From: a virus | Taxonomy: Duplodnaviria > Caudoviricetes | Reading direction: 5' to 3' (one strand) | IMG/VR virus record: IMGVR_UViG_3300020044_007352 | Location: 1-39,103 of that record | DNA length: 39,103 nucleotides | Part shown: piece by piece, positions 26,075 through 35,353 of the stretch | Layout of the letters: the number at the start of each line of letters is the position of its first letter | Numbering within the stretch: position 1 is the first letter of the stretch | Translations under genes and position numbers: made by a program | The notes under the pieces: generated by a model | Seen by the model: the letters and a program-made list of their open reading frames with translations, nothing else | Told to the model about the DNA's origin: nothing | Databases searched by the model: none

Positions 26075-26520
26075 TGCCAGCAGGAAGGCCTCTAAAGTAT
26101 GACAGTCCAGAGCAGATGCAGGCCGTTATCGACCAGTATTTTGACGATTGCGCGTACAACAGAAGCCTAACTGTAGACCCAAAACCAGAAGAACCAAGAG
26201 AGCCAATCACTGACGATTTGCACCCTACAATTACAGGGCTTGCGTTAGTGCTTGATTTGACTAGAAAATCTTTAATTGGCTACGAAGTCAAAGAACAATT
26301 TGTAAACACGGTTAAAAGAGCGAAAGACAGAGTGCAGGCTTACGCAGAGCAAAGACTGTTTTATGCAAACGCGACTGGTACTATATTCAGCATGAAGAAT
26401 AACTTTGACTGGAAGGACAAGACAGAAACAGAGATGTCTGGTTCTTTAGGCGTGTACGAACTGTCAGACGAACAGTTAGACCAAAAACTCGCATTAATGG
26501 CGGCAAAGATTAAGCCTTGA
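26074..26520 (+). CDS. terS: Terminase small subunit (P22 gp3-like)
   Basis: 'GRPLKY.SPE.MQ..ID.YF', 'PTITGLAL.L', 'GTIFSMKNNF.WKDK'. Confidence 0.85.
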   Translation: MPAGRPLKYDSPEQMQAVIDQYFDDCAYNRSLTVDPKPEEPREPITDDLHPTITGLALVLDLTRKSLIGYEVKEQFVNTVKRAKDRVQAYAEQRLFYANATGTIFSMKNNFDWKDKTETEMSGSLGVYELSDEQLDQKLALMAAKIKP

Positions 26521-27245
26521 TTACGCTGATTATCCCGTATTATCGTGCGCCTCGCATGTTGGAAGCGCAACTGGACGTTATCAAAGACTACCCGGCTGGC
26601 ATAAAGGTCATCATCGTAGATGACGGAAGCCCTGAACCAGCACTGGACGTGCTGTATACCATTAAGTATCACGCTGACAATGTTTCCCTGTATCGAATCA
26701 ACGTTGACATCCCTTGGAACCGCGAACAAGCCCGCAACCTCGGCGCGTATGTCGCAGATACTCAGTGGATTATCCAAGTCGATATAGACCACGTTCTGCC
26801 CGCTGCCTGCGCTACTCGCCTGCTAGAGTTGACCCTTAACCCGAAAGACTGGTACAGATTCCCTCGCTACCGCCTCGGCAAAGCAGACGAAACCCGCAAG
26901 AAAGACGCGCTTTCCCCTGACGTCGAATACGGCAAGATTCACCCTCATGTTGACTCATTCCTGATAACCCGCGACATGTTCCTATCTAGTCCCTACGATG
27001 AAAGGTACTCTGGTTGTCTGGGTGGCGGCACTCCGTTCACTGCCAGAATGAAACGACTGTATGGCGAGCCTCGCATGTTGCCTGAAGATGTATTCTTGCA
27101 AGTCCACACTAAACACAAGGTCAAGGACGCCTCAATATCTACCCTGTCACGCGATACCTCAGAGTACGCCCGTAGACGTGAGCAGATAGGCGCAAACGAC
27201 AAACCGCCTCAGATGCTACTCCATCCGTGGCATAAGGTGATTTGA
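26517..27245 (+). CDS. GT2-family glycosyltransferase
   Basis: 'ITLIIPYY', 'IIVDDGS', 'ARNLGA', DxD 'VDID'. Confidence 0.9.
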   Translation: MITLIIPYYRAPRMLEAQLDVIKDYPAGIKVIIVDDGSPEPALDVLYTIKYHADNVSLYRINVDIPWNREQARNLGAYVADTQWIIQVDIDHVLPAACATRLLELTLNPKDWYRFPRYRLGKADETRKKDALSPDVEYGKIHPHVDSFLITRDMFLSSPYDERYSGCLGGGTPFTARMKRLYGEPRMLPEDVFLQVHTKHKVKDASISTLSRDTSEYARRREQIGANDKPPQMLLHPWHKVI

Positions 27246-27961
27246 TGGTCACTGATTATCCATTTGTTCATGGCGAAGTCGCCACAATCGAGAAGATTAA
27301 GCAGGGCTTTTCTATCTCACGGATTGGCGACGGAGAACTTGGTTGTATGGATAACGTCCACGGCTATTCCCGCGAAAAGCACAACGACAAGTTATCCAAA
27401 GAGTTGCGGCGGGTCATATCCAATCCGTCAAAGGGTAATCTAGTCGGCATCCCGACAATGGACAAGAAAGGCAGCAAATATAGGACAGTCGAGAAAACCA
27501 CAGGTAAGGAAGTCGGATGGTTCAGGCACAAGGACAGATTCTGCAAACTGCTATCCCCTGACGTTGAGTATTACTCTGCCTTTATATCCCGCCCTGATTG
27601 CGGCGAATGGATGCTGAATGTTGACTATGCCCGACTTGTGCAATCTATCTGGATTGGCAAAAAAACCGCTGTAATCGGGTCGCGGGACAACAAAGAGAAC
27701 AAGGACAACAAGGTACTCAGCGCGGTACGTTTAACTCAGGACTGCGAATATATCGAGTGTCCCTTTTACGGTGCTTATGGTGAGATTGACCGCTTATATA
27801 AGCAGGCACTTTCATCAGGCTGTGATTTAATCCTTATCTCTGCCGGGGTGACTGCTACGTGCTTGGCTGACAGACTATCACCGCACGTCCAGGCGGTAGA
27901 TATTGGTTCAATCGGTGGTTTCCTGCTCAAGATGCTTGGCGCGGAGAAGTGGCATGTATAG
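27242..27961 (+). CDS. GT-D fold (DUF1792-like) glycosyltransferase
   Basis: 'SISRIGDGE', 'SAFISRP', 'LILISAG.TA..LA..L....QAVDIG'. Confidence 0.8.
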   Translation: MMVTDYPFVHGEVATIEKIKQGFSISRIGDGELGCMDNVHGYSREKHNDKLSKELRRVISNPSKGNLVGIPTMDKKGSKYRTVEKTTGKEVGWFRHKDRFCKLLSPDVEYYSAFISRPDCGEWMLNVDYARLVQSIWIGKKTAVIGSRDNKENKDNKVLSAVRLTQDCEYIECPFYGAYGEIDRLYKQALSSGCDLILISAGVTATCLADRLSPHVQAVDIGSIGGFLLKMLGAEKWHV

Positions 27962-28643
27962 CGATAAGGACAGTAAGAATCCTGCATACCGTGAACTGTA
28001 TGAATCCATGCCGTTTATCGAAGCGTATAGTAAACATACGGATATGCGGATTGCAAAGGACGGCCCACGTCTAGCGATTGGCGCGAAGTCTGACGGGTTT
28101 CAAGACTGGGATTTGCATGGTGAGCAACAGATGCAATTCCTGATTTACTCCGGGATTAAACCTGCATCTGCCCTACTGGACTTTGGCTGTGGGACGGGTC
28201 GCTTGATGTGTAAGGCTGTCCCGTATCTATTGCAAGGCAACTACACCGGTATAGATATATCTGCCTCAGCCATAGCTAACTGTATCGACCTATTAGGCAA
28301 TCCATTAATAGCCGACAAGAAACCCAGACTGGTTCAGGGCGACGGGTCACTGAAAGCCGTGAAGGACTACAGTTTCGACTATATCTGGGCGCACTCAGTC
28401 ATTACCCATTTACCGCCTGACATCGTGAAAGAACTGTTTAACGACCTGTCATCCATGCTATTTGGCGAGTTCAGTTTCACGTTTAAGCTATCGCCTGACG
28501 GAATCAACAGAACTGGGCTGAAGCAATGGTCGTACCCGATTAAATGGTTCGTAGACGCTGCTGCTGAATACGGGCTAAAGGCTGAATATATCGGAGTCGA
28601 ATGGCCTGCCGGACAAAAGACTATGAGGGTTGTGCGTGGTTAA
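27954..28643 (+). CDS. Class I SAM-dependent methyltransferase
   Basis: 'LLDFGCGTGR', 'YTGIDIS', 'FDYIWAHSVITHL'. ATG 27954 follows GGAG. Confidence 0.85.
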   Translation: MYSDKDSKNPAYRELYESMPFIEAYSKHTDMRIAKDGPRLAIGAKSDGFQDWDLHGEQQMQFLIYSGIKPASALLDFGCGTGRLMCKAVPYLLQGNYTGIDISASAIANCIDLLGNPLIADKKPRLVQGDGSLKAVKDYSFDYIWAHSVITHLPPDIVKELFNDLSSMLFGEFSFTFKLSPDGINRTGLKQWSYPIKWFVDAAAEYGLKAEYIGVEWPAGQKTMRVVRG

Positions 28644-29370
28644 TGTCGTTACCTTCTTGTGGAATACCGGCTATCGCAACTACAAGCCGGAACACGTCAA
28701 CATGCTGGCAAACATGGTCAAGCATTTCAGTCCTGATTGTGGATTCATCTGCCTGACGGACGAAACGGAAGGGTTTAACGATAAAGTTCAGGTAGTCAAG
28801 CTGCCTGATTCAGCGTATCGAGTCGCAGGGATACAAGCCCCGCAAGGCAAACAGTTCCCGTCCAGCTATCGCCGGTTGTGGTGTTTCTCGGACGAAGCCA
28901 CGATACTAGGTGATAGGATACTGCTACTAGACCTTGACTGCATGGTACTAAGCGACCTTTCCCCGCTGCTTGAGATTGATTCAGACTTTGTAGGATGGAA
29001 GCCCGACTCAGTATGGGGAAGGGAAGATAGACTCGGTGGTGGCACGTGGTTACTTCGCACCGGTCAACTCGGCTGGTTATGGGATAAGTTCACTGATAAC
29101 CCTGTTAAGCTAATCGCAGAGACGAAAGCAATGGGATGGAACGGGTCAGACCAAGCCATACTCAGCCGCTTCCTACAGAACAAATACCCTATCTGGCCTA
29201 AAGGCTCAGGTATATACGGGGTTCAGGACGGGGTGTTCCACTGGGATTTACCGCCTAAAAACGCAAAGGTTATCCATTTCAACGGCGACGAAAAGCCGTG
29301 GAATCAGCGTAAACTCTGGATGAAAGCTATTTGTAATCATTTCTCCGATGCAAGTCCAAGCCCTAAGTAA
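28636..29370 (+). CDS. GT-A fold (GT8-like) glycosyltransferase
   Basis: 'Y..EHVN.LA.MV', 'FICLTD', DxD 'LLDLD', 'SDQA', 'IHFNG..KPW'. Confidence 0.85.
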   Translation: MVNVVTFLWNTGYRNYKPEHVNMLANMVKHFSPDCGFICLTDETEGFNDKVQVVKLPDSAYRVAGIQAPQGKQFPSSYRRLWCFSDEATILGDRILLLDLDCMVLSDLSPLLEIDSDFVGWKPDSVWGREDRLGGGTWLLRTGQLGWLWDKFTDNPVKLIAETKAMGWNGSDQAILSRFLQNKYPIWPKGSGIYGVQDGVFHWDLPPKNAKVIHFNGDEKPWNQRKLWMKAICNHFSDASPSPK

Positions 29371-31786
29371 AGCCGAAAAAATCCAGTTTCTTCAGTTGAT
29401 GGAGGAAAAGGAACGGCGCAACAAGTCCAGAAAGTTCCTGACGGTTTACGAATCGTTCTATGGCTGGCAGCGTGATTTTGTCCGGGCAACCAAGAAGTAT
29501 CACGAGTGCTGTCTTTGTAGCGCAAATCAAATCGGTAAAACTTATTTAGGCACTGACATTGACGCTATGCACCTGCTTGGAGACTATCCCGATGATTGGG
29601 ACGGTCACAAGTTCGACTTCGCCCCGCTATGCTGGGGGCTTGGCTACTCAATGGAGAAGTGTAGAGACCTGCTACAGAAAGCCTTATTTGGCGAATTGCA
29701 GGGCGATAAATTTACAGGGGGATTAGTCCCTGCCGACAGGATTCTAAGCTATCAGCGGGCATCTGGTACGCCTAACGCCTGTCGTACAGTCTGGGTTAAG
29801 CACCGGCTTGGGACTTCCTTGATTCAGTTCTGGTCATATACGCAGGGTCAACACGCTATCATGGGTGACGTGGTTGACTGGGTTCATGTCGATGAAGAAC
29901 CCGAAGACCAGACCATCCGCCCTCAGTTATTGACCCGTACCATTAACGGGGATAACGGGAAAGGTGGACGGGTTATCTATACGTTTACCCCTGAAAACGG
30001 CAAGACCGACCTTGTAATGAAGTTCATGGACGAACCATCCCCGTCTCAGTTCTTCATGCAAAAGGGATGGGACGACGCCCCGCACATGACGGAAGAAAAG
30101 AAAGCCCGTCTGTTGTCTCAGTATCCCAGTCATCAACGGGATATGCGGTCAAAGGGCGAGCCGATGCTGGGTCATGGAAGAATCTATGATATAGGCGATG
30201 AGTTCATAACCTGCGAACCAATCACAGACATTCCTGCGCATTGGTACGTTATCAACGGCATGGATTTTGGATGGTCGCATCCTCAAGCGCACGTTAAATT
30301 GTACGAGGACAGGGACAATGGAATGTTCTATGTCGCTAAAGCATGGAAAGCGAAAGAGGTATCTGCAAACGATGCCTGGGGTGTAGTCAAGGAGTGGGGC
30401 TTACACATCCCGACGGCATGGCCTCATGACGGATTACAGAACGAGAAAGGCCGGGACGATGCCGTTCAGCAGAAAGTCCACTATGAACGCGCCGGATTCA
30501 AAATGCTGCCCGAACACGCCACATGGCCACCGGTATCTGAAAAGGGTGCAATGAAGTCAGGTGGTAACTCAGTCGAGCACGGACTATATGAAATAGGCGA
30601 CCTGATGCGCAAAGGTAAGTTTAAGCTATTCCGTGGACTGACAGACTTATTCGCAGAGTTCAGACAATACCATCGTGACGACAAAGGCAAGATAGTCAAG
30701 ACAATGGACGACTTGCTAGACGCTTGCTTCCACCCAGATACCGAAATAATGACGGATGCAGGCGCTAGAAAGATAGTGGATATGGTTGGCACGTCAGGCC
30801 GCGTTTTGTCTATTGACGGGCAATATCAGAACTATAGTAATTGCAGGCTAACCAGAAAGGACGCTGAAGTTATCAGGCTTACATTTACAGACGGTCATTC
30901 AGTAGTTTGCACCCCAGACCACAGGTTTTTAACTGGAAATGGATGGATAGATGCGATACACTTACATGATGAAAACATCATAGTGAGTGAGCCATGCACA
31001 TACATTTCAACGGAATCAAGTTTACAAAATTTGGCAACTATTACAGGGCGCGCAGAAAATTTCTGCATAGGGAAATCTGGAAGTTTTACAACGGCAATAT
31101 CCCGCCTAAGCACCATATACACCACATTGACGGAAATACTGAAAACAACAGTATTGAGAACTTACAGTGCGTTGACGGGAAAGAGCACCTATCAAGCCAT
31201 AACAAAGGAAAAATATATACGCCTGTTGCCGCTATTGTCGCCGCTGCAAGATGGAGAAAAACAGAGGAAGGCAGGAAGTTTTCGCAAGAGCACGGCAGAA
31301 AAAACGCTGTATATTTGGTTAAGAAAAATATCATCATTAAGTGTGTCGAGTGCGGAATCAGTAAAGAGGTTATATCAAACTTGCAGAACAAGTATTGCAG
31401 CAACAAATGCAAGTCTAGCCACAGGCGCAGGAATGGCCTTGACCTTGAATCAAGGTTATGTGTTAGATGCGGAACTGAATACAGTGTCACAAAGTACGCA
31501 AAGCAAACGCACTGTGGCAAAAGCTGCGAAAGAAAAGACTGGCTATCAACAGAGCAAGGCAAGCAGCACCTTAAAAATCTTGCGGATAGAAAACGCCGGA
31601 AAGAGTGACGTATACTGCCTAGAAGTAGAAAACACCGAAGCTATGGCGCTAAGGAATGGCGCTATAGCGCACAATTGCCGCTATGCCTACATGATGCGCC
31701 GATATGCTGTCAGGGTTGGCGACCTGACCCAAGCTATACCCAAGCCTTACATTCCCAAGTCTATATCAGTCATAGGAAGAAAATAG
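29348..31786 (+). CDS. terL: Terminase large subunit (P22 gp2-like) with intein
   Basis: Walker A 'ANQIGKT', Walker B 'VHVDEE', 'TFTP', nuclease 'GMDFGW.HP' and 'DD.LDA/CRYA'. 495 aa after intein removal. Confidence 0.95.
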   Translation: MQVQALSKAEKIQFLQLMEEKERRNKSRKFLTVYESFYGWQRDFVRATKKYHECCLCSANQIGKTYLGTDIDAMHLLGDYPDDWDGHKFDFAPLCWGLGYSMEKCRDLLQKALFGELQGDKFTGGLVPADRILSYQRASGTPNACRTVWVKHRLGTSLIQFWSYTQGQHAIMGDVVDWVHVDEEPEDQTIRPQLLTRTINGDNGKGGRVIYTFTPENGKTDLVMKFMDEPSPSQFFMQKGWDDAPHMTEEKKARLLSQYPSHQRDMRSKGEPMLGHGRIYDIGDEFITCEPITDIPAHWYVINGMDFGWSHPQAHVKLYEDRDNGMFYVAKAWKAKEVSANDAWGVVKEWGLHIPTAWPHDGLQNEKGRDDAVQQKVHYERAGFKMLPEHATWPPVSEKGAMKSGGNSVEHGLYEIGDLMRKGKFKLFRGLTDLFAEFRQYHRDDKGKIVKTMDDLLDACFHPDTEIMTDAGARKIVDMVGTSGRVLSIDGQYQNYSNCRLTRKDAEVIRLTFTDGHSVVCTPDHRFLTGNGWIDAIHLHDENIIVSEPCTYISTESSLQNLATITGRAENFCIGKSGSFTTAISRLSTIYTTLTEILKTTVLRTYSALTGKSTYQAITKEKYIRLLPLLSPLQDGEKQRKAGSFRKSTAEKTLYIWLRKISSLSVSSAESVKRLYQTCRTSIAATNASLATGAGMALTLNQGYVLDAELNTVSQSTQSKRTVAKAAKEKTGYQQSKASSTLKILRIENAGKSDVYCLEVENTEAMALRNGAIAHNCRYAYMMRRYAVRVGDLTQAIPKPYIPKSISVIGRK
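30725..31675 (+). mobile_element. Intein (317 aa) in the terminase nuclease domain
   Basis: Block A 'CFHPDTEIMT', block B 'CTPDHRFLT', block F 'DVYCLEV', C-terminal 'AHN' followed by +1 Cys. Confidence 0.95.
30994..31608 (+). CDS. HNH homing endonuclease with Zn-finger repeats, nested out of frame in the intein
   Basis: 'LHREIW....G.IP..HHIHHIDGN.ENN.IENL.C....EH...H' followed by CVEC..YCSNKC and CVRC..HCGKSC. Confidence 0.9.
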   Translation: MHIHFNGIKFTKFGNYYRARRKFLHREIWKFYNGNIPPKHHIHHIDGNTENNSIENLQCVDGKEHLSSHNKGKIYTPVAAIVAAARWRKTEEGRKFSQEHGRKNAVYLVKKNIIIKCVECGISKEVISNLQNKYCSNKCKSSHRRRNGLDLESRLCVRCGTEYSVTKYAKQTHCGKSCERKDWLSTEQGKQHLKNLADRKRRKE

Positions 31787-33877
31787 ATGCTAGACCTTGA
31801 AGATATTAAAGAGATGTTTGATAAAGATTATACCCATAATCAGACAACTCGCATTTCTGCCGCTGATGACCGGTTATTCGCTTACATAACCCAGTGGGAT
31901 TCCAGTCTGATGGAAAACTCACAGCTTGCTTACAAGGGAGAGTTTAATATCATCCGTAAGGCTGTGCGTCAGATTATGGCAGACCTTCGTTCTAATCCGG
32001 TTCAAATAGACTTTGAGCCTAAAGCCGGAAGCCGTGACGATGGGGCAGATATACTGGACGGACTGTATCTATCTGACGACCGCATAAACCTGTCAATCGA
32101 AGCTTATGACAACGCCTCACAAGAGGCTGTTGATTGCGGTATTGGCGGGTGGGAACTCTACACCGAATACGAATCCAACCGCGCAGGGGATAAGAATCAG
32201 GTAATCCGACGCAGACCTATCTACGAGTTCAACAACGTAGCCTTCCCTGATTCTAATGCCAAGTTAATGGACAAGTCAGACGCAAAACGCTGGACGATAC
32301 TGGAATCCTACTCGAAAGAGGGTTATGAAGAATTAGTCGAAGAACTGACCGGCGAGGATTACGACGCCAATCCGGTAAACTTTGCGACCCCTGAAACATC
32401 TTACGTCTTTCCGTGGGTGACTACCAACGAGTTGTATTATGTAGGCCGGTTTTATCACAAGACGCTAGTAAAAGATAAGATTCTCACCCTGAAAGACCCG
32501 CTTGGACAGCCTTTAAAACTCCGTCAATCCGACCTTAACTTAATCATGGACGAACTTATCGAGCAAGGTTACGAGATAGTTGACGAAAAGAGTATCAAGC
32601 GATGGGAAGTACGGCTTTATATTGTATCCGGTGAGCGCATCCTGAAGTCATACGTTGTTGCCGGAGAACATATCCCTGTAATCCCTATCTACGGCGAACG
32701 TGCGTTCATTGAGGGCGAGGAGCACTACGAGGGTGTATATCGGTTAGCCAAAGACCCGCAACGTCTTAGAAACTTCCTGATGTCGTATCTGGGTGATATG
32801 GTTTCCCGCAGCCCAAGACAGAAACCGATATTCGGAGCTGAACAAATTGCAACCTATGAGTTTATGTATGAACAGAATGGGCCAGACAATAATTACCCGT
32901 ACCTGCTTCAAAAACTCAAAGACCCTCAAGGCAATGATTTACCGCGTGGTCCAGTAGGATACTTAGAGCCTCCGGCAATGCCGCAAGCCCTCGCCGCATT
33001 GGTTGAATTAACCAGACAGTCGGTTGAGGATGTCGCAAACCCAGGCTTACCCCAAGACATAGCCGACCCTGACTTATCAGGAAAGGCCGTAGAGTTGTTG
33101 CAGAACCGCCTTGATAACCAGTCAATGATTTACCAGCAGAACCTGAAACACGCCAAGCGATACGACGCGGAAGTCTACGCGTCTATGGCTGTCACTGTTT
33201 ATGATGCGCCCCGTACCGTCACGATTACCCTGCCGGACGGAACCCGTAAGCAAGAGGAAATCATGAAAACGGTAGTCGATGAAGATACCGGTGAACTGGT
33301 GACTTTAAACGACCTGACCAACATGGAGTTCGAAGTTTACGCCAAGATTGGCCCCGCTTACTCAAGCCAGAAACAAAAGACCCGCGATGAACTAGGGGAA
33401 ATGGCGGAACAAGTCGTCAATGCCGACCCTACCCTTTATAAAGCCTTGTTACTCAAACGCCTTGACCTGATGGACGGGGTGAACATGGACGATATACGGG
33501 AATATGCGAATAAACAGTTGATGCTGCTCGGATTCAAGAAGCCCGAAACCGAGGAAGAAATAGCCTTTATGCAGGAAGCCGCTAACCAGCCTGAACAGCC
33601 TGATGCTGAAATGGTGCTGGCAATGGCTGAACAGGAAAAAGCAAAAGCGCAGCAGATGCGTGAAATGCGCCTCGCTTCACTTGATATACAAAACGTCCAG
33701 ACCGATAAGGGCAAGCTACAGATAGACGCCTTTAACGCTGAAACAAATCGCCAAAAAGTGAGGGTAGACGCTGCGAAAGCCGGAACTGAAATCCAGTTTA
33801 CCAAGACCCGGACGCAGGGGCAGGTATTGGACAATATGAGGAAAGTAGTAGAACCGTTCAGGTCACGAGTAAATTAA
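31787..33877 (+). CDS. Portal protein (P22 gp1-like)
   Basis: 696 aa; 'GEFNIIR..V', 'GEHIPVIPIYGE', 'AKDPQRLRN', 'SGKAV', C-terminal helical barrel. Confidence 0.92.
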   Translation: MLDLEDIKEMFDKDYTHNQTTRISAADDRLFAYITQWDSSLMENSQLAYKGEFNIIRKAVRQIMADLRSNPVQIDFEPKAGSRDDGADILDGLYLSDDRINLSIEAYDNASQEAVDCGIGGWELYTEYESNRAGDKNQVIRRRPIYEFNNVAFPDSNAKLMDKSDAKRWTILESYSKEGYEELVEELTGEDYDANPVNFATPETSYVFPWVTTNELYYVGRFYHKTLVKDKILTLKDPLGQPLKLRQSDLNLIMDELIEQGYEIVDEKSIKRWEVRLYIVSGERILKSYVVAGEHIPVIPIYGERAFIEGEEHYEGVYRLAKDPQRLRNFLMSYLGDMVSRSPRQKPIFGAEQIATYEFMYEQNGPDNNYPYLLQKLKDPQGNDLPRGPVGYLEPPAMPQALAALVELTRQSVEDVANPGLPQDIADPDLSGKAVELLQNRLDNQSMIYQQNLKHAKRYDAEVYASMAVTVYDAPRTVTITLPDGTRKQEEIMKTVVDEDTGELVTLNDLTNMEFEVYAKIGPAYSSQKQKTRDELGEMAEQVVNADPTLYKALLLKRLDLMDGVNMDDIREYANKQLMLLGFKKPETEEEIAFMQEAANQPEQPDAEMVLAMAEQEKAKAQQMREMRLASLDIQNVQTDKGKLQIDAFNAETNRQKVRVDAAKAGTEIQFTKTRTQGQVLDNMRKVVEPFRSRVN

Positions 33878-33923
33878 CCGCACCGGACGGACTCCGGGTT
33901 TATCGTTATGCAACGAGGAATAT

Positions 33924-34922
33924 ATGCAGACATTGGAAGAACTGAAGAAAGAAAACGCCGCTATACCGCCGGTTGTTGAGGCTGAACCAGAAGTTGAAAT
34001 CAAGGAAGATGTAACAGAACCCGCGCCAGTAGTCGAGGAAGCCGCAAAAGAGCCGGAAATCGAAGAAAAAGCACCCGAAACGGACAACGATGCGTGGTTG
34101 AAGTCTGAACCAGACCCGGAACCCAAGTTCACGGACTCCGATGTAGCTGCTGTCAGACGGAAATATCAGGCTAAAGCCGCTGAAACTGCCGCAGAAAATG
34201 ACCAGTTACGGGCAGAGGTGGAAGAATTAAAGAAAATAGTTAAGTCTGCGCCCCAAACTCAACCAGTTACACCGGCAAACAAGCCAAAACGGGTGGATTT
34301 TGAGGATGAAGATGAATACATCGAGGCATTGACTGACTATAAAATATCTGTTGCTAGAGGTAGCGATAAAGCGTCAGAAGATGCAAAGGCCGCAAAGACT
34401 CGGCAGCAAGAACAGGCCGAAAAAGTGGCTAAAGCAGTGGACGCGCACTACTTACGCGCTGTTAAACTGGCAGAAAAATCTGGCATAAAAGAGGAAGCTT
34501 ATCAATCTGCTGATTTAAACGTGCGCCGGTCAATCAATGACGTATTCCCTGGCGGTGGTGACGTAATCACAGACGCCCTTATATCCTCTCTTGGCGAGGG
34601 TTCTGAAAAAGTCTTTTATAATATCGGAGTAAACCCTTCACGCAGGGCAAAACTGACGGAATTACTGCGCGAGGATAACTCAGGGATTAAGGCCGCTACT
34701 TTCTTGGGCGAACTGAAAGCGCAGTTAAACGCGCCAAGCAAACGAGAATCTGCCGCCCCTGCCCCTGCCGACCAGATAAGCGGGGACGTGACGAACGGGA
34801 ACAACAAAGCCCGTGACCTGCGCGAAAAGTACCGCAAGGCGCACGAGAAAGGCGACTTACAGACTGCTTTCAATATTAAGAAAGACGCCAAAGCCGCAGG
34901 ACACGATGTTAAATCATGGTAG
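33924..34922 (+). CDS. Scaffolding protein (P22 gp8-like)
   Basis: Acidic N-terminus, coiled coil, 'KP.RVDF', 'SEKV.Y.IG.NP', C-terminal helix-loop-helix; between portal and coat. Confidence 0.85.
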   Translation: MQTLEELKKENAAIPPVVEAEPEVEIKEDVTEPAPVVEEAAKEPEIEEKAPETDNDAWLKSEPDPEPKFTDSDVAAVRRKYQAKAAETAAENDQLRAEVEELKKIVKSAPQTQPVTPANKPKRVDFEDEDEYIEALTDYKISVARGSDKASEDAKAAKTRQQEQAEKVAKAVDAHYLRAVKLAEKSGIKEEAYQSADLNVRRSINDVFPGGGDVITDALISSLGEGSEKVFYNIGVNPSRRAKLTELLREDNSGIKAATFLGELKAQLNAPSKRESAAPAPADQISGDVTNGNNKARDLREKYRKAHEKGDLQTAFNIKKDAKAAGHDVKSW

Positions 34923-34947
34923 TTGAATTAAAAAACGGGGAGACTTT

Positions 34948-35187
34948 ATGAAACAAAAGCAAATAAATCAACAACATGAAAACATATTTAATGTCGGGGA
35001 TGTAGTGCAATTAAAGTCGGGCGGACACCCAATGACGGTAAGTTCAGTGGACATGTATGATACAGATTGGATGGCTAGGCTTTTAAAATCAGCCCCTTTT
35101 TTAGTGATTACATGCGAGTGGTTCGACAAAAAAGAAAAGCGCCGCACTGAAAGATTTAGCCCCGAAACATTAAAAAAATTATTGTAA
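34948..35187 (+). CDS. YodC/DUF2158-family protein
   Basis: 'FNVGDVVQLKSGG.PMTV...CEWFD.....F.PETL'. Confidence 0.85.
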   Translation: MKQKQINQQHENIFNVGDVVQLKSGGHPMTVSSVDMYDTDWMARLLKSAPFLVITCEWFDKKEKRRTERFSPETLKKLL

Positions 35188-35188
35188 G

Positions 35189-35217
35189 TTGAATTACAAG
35201 TATAATTAGACTACAGT
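35189..35217 (+). promoter_or_regulatory. Putative promoter upstream of coat gene
   Basis: TTGAAT-17 bp-TACAGT; shares TTGAATTACAA with the promoter at 22354. Confidence 0.5.
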
Positions 35218-35353
35218 ATTAATACCGCCACACTTTCGGGCAAATAGTGTAGCCGTACAATCCGGTAAATGATTGGTTATTAATCGAAGTCTCCGAGCAT
35301 TTGAGGCAAGAGCCGCTAACGCGGAATAACTAATTGTTTATTGGAGATACATC

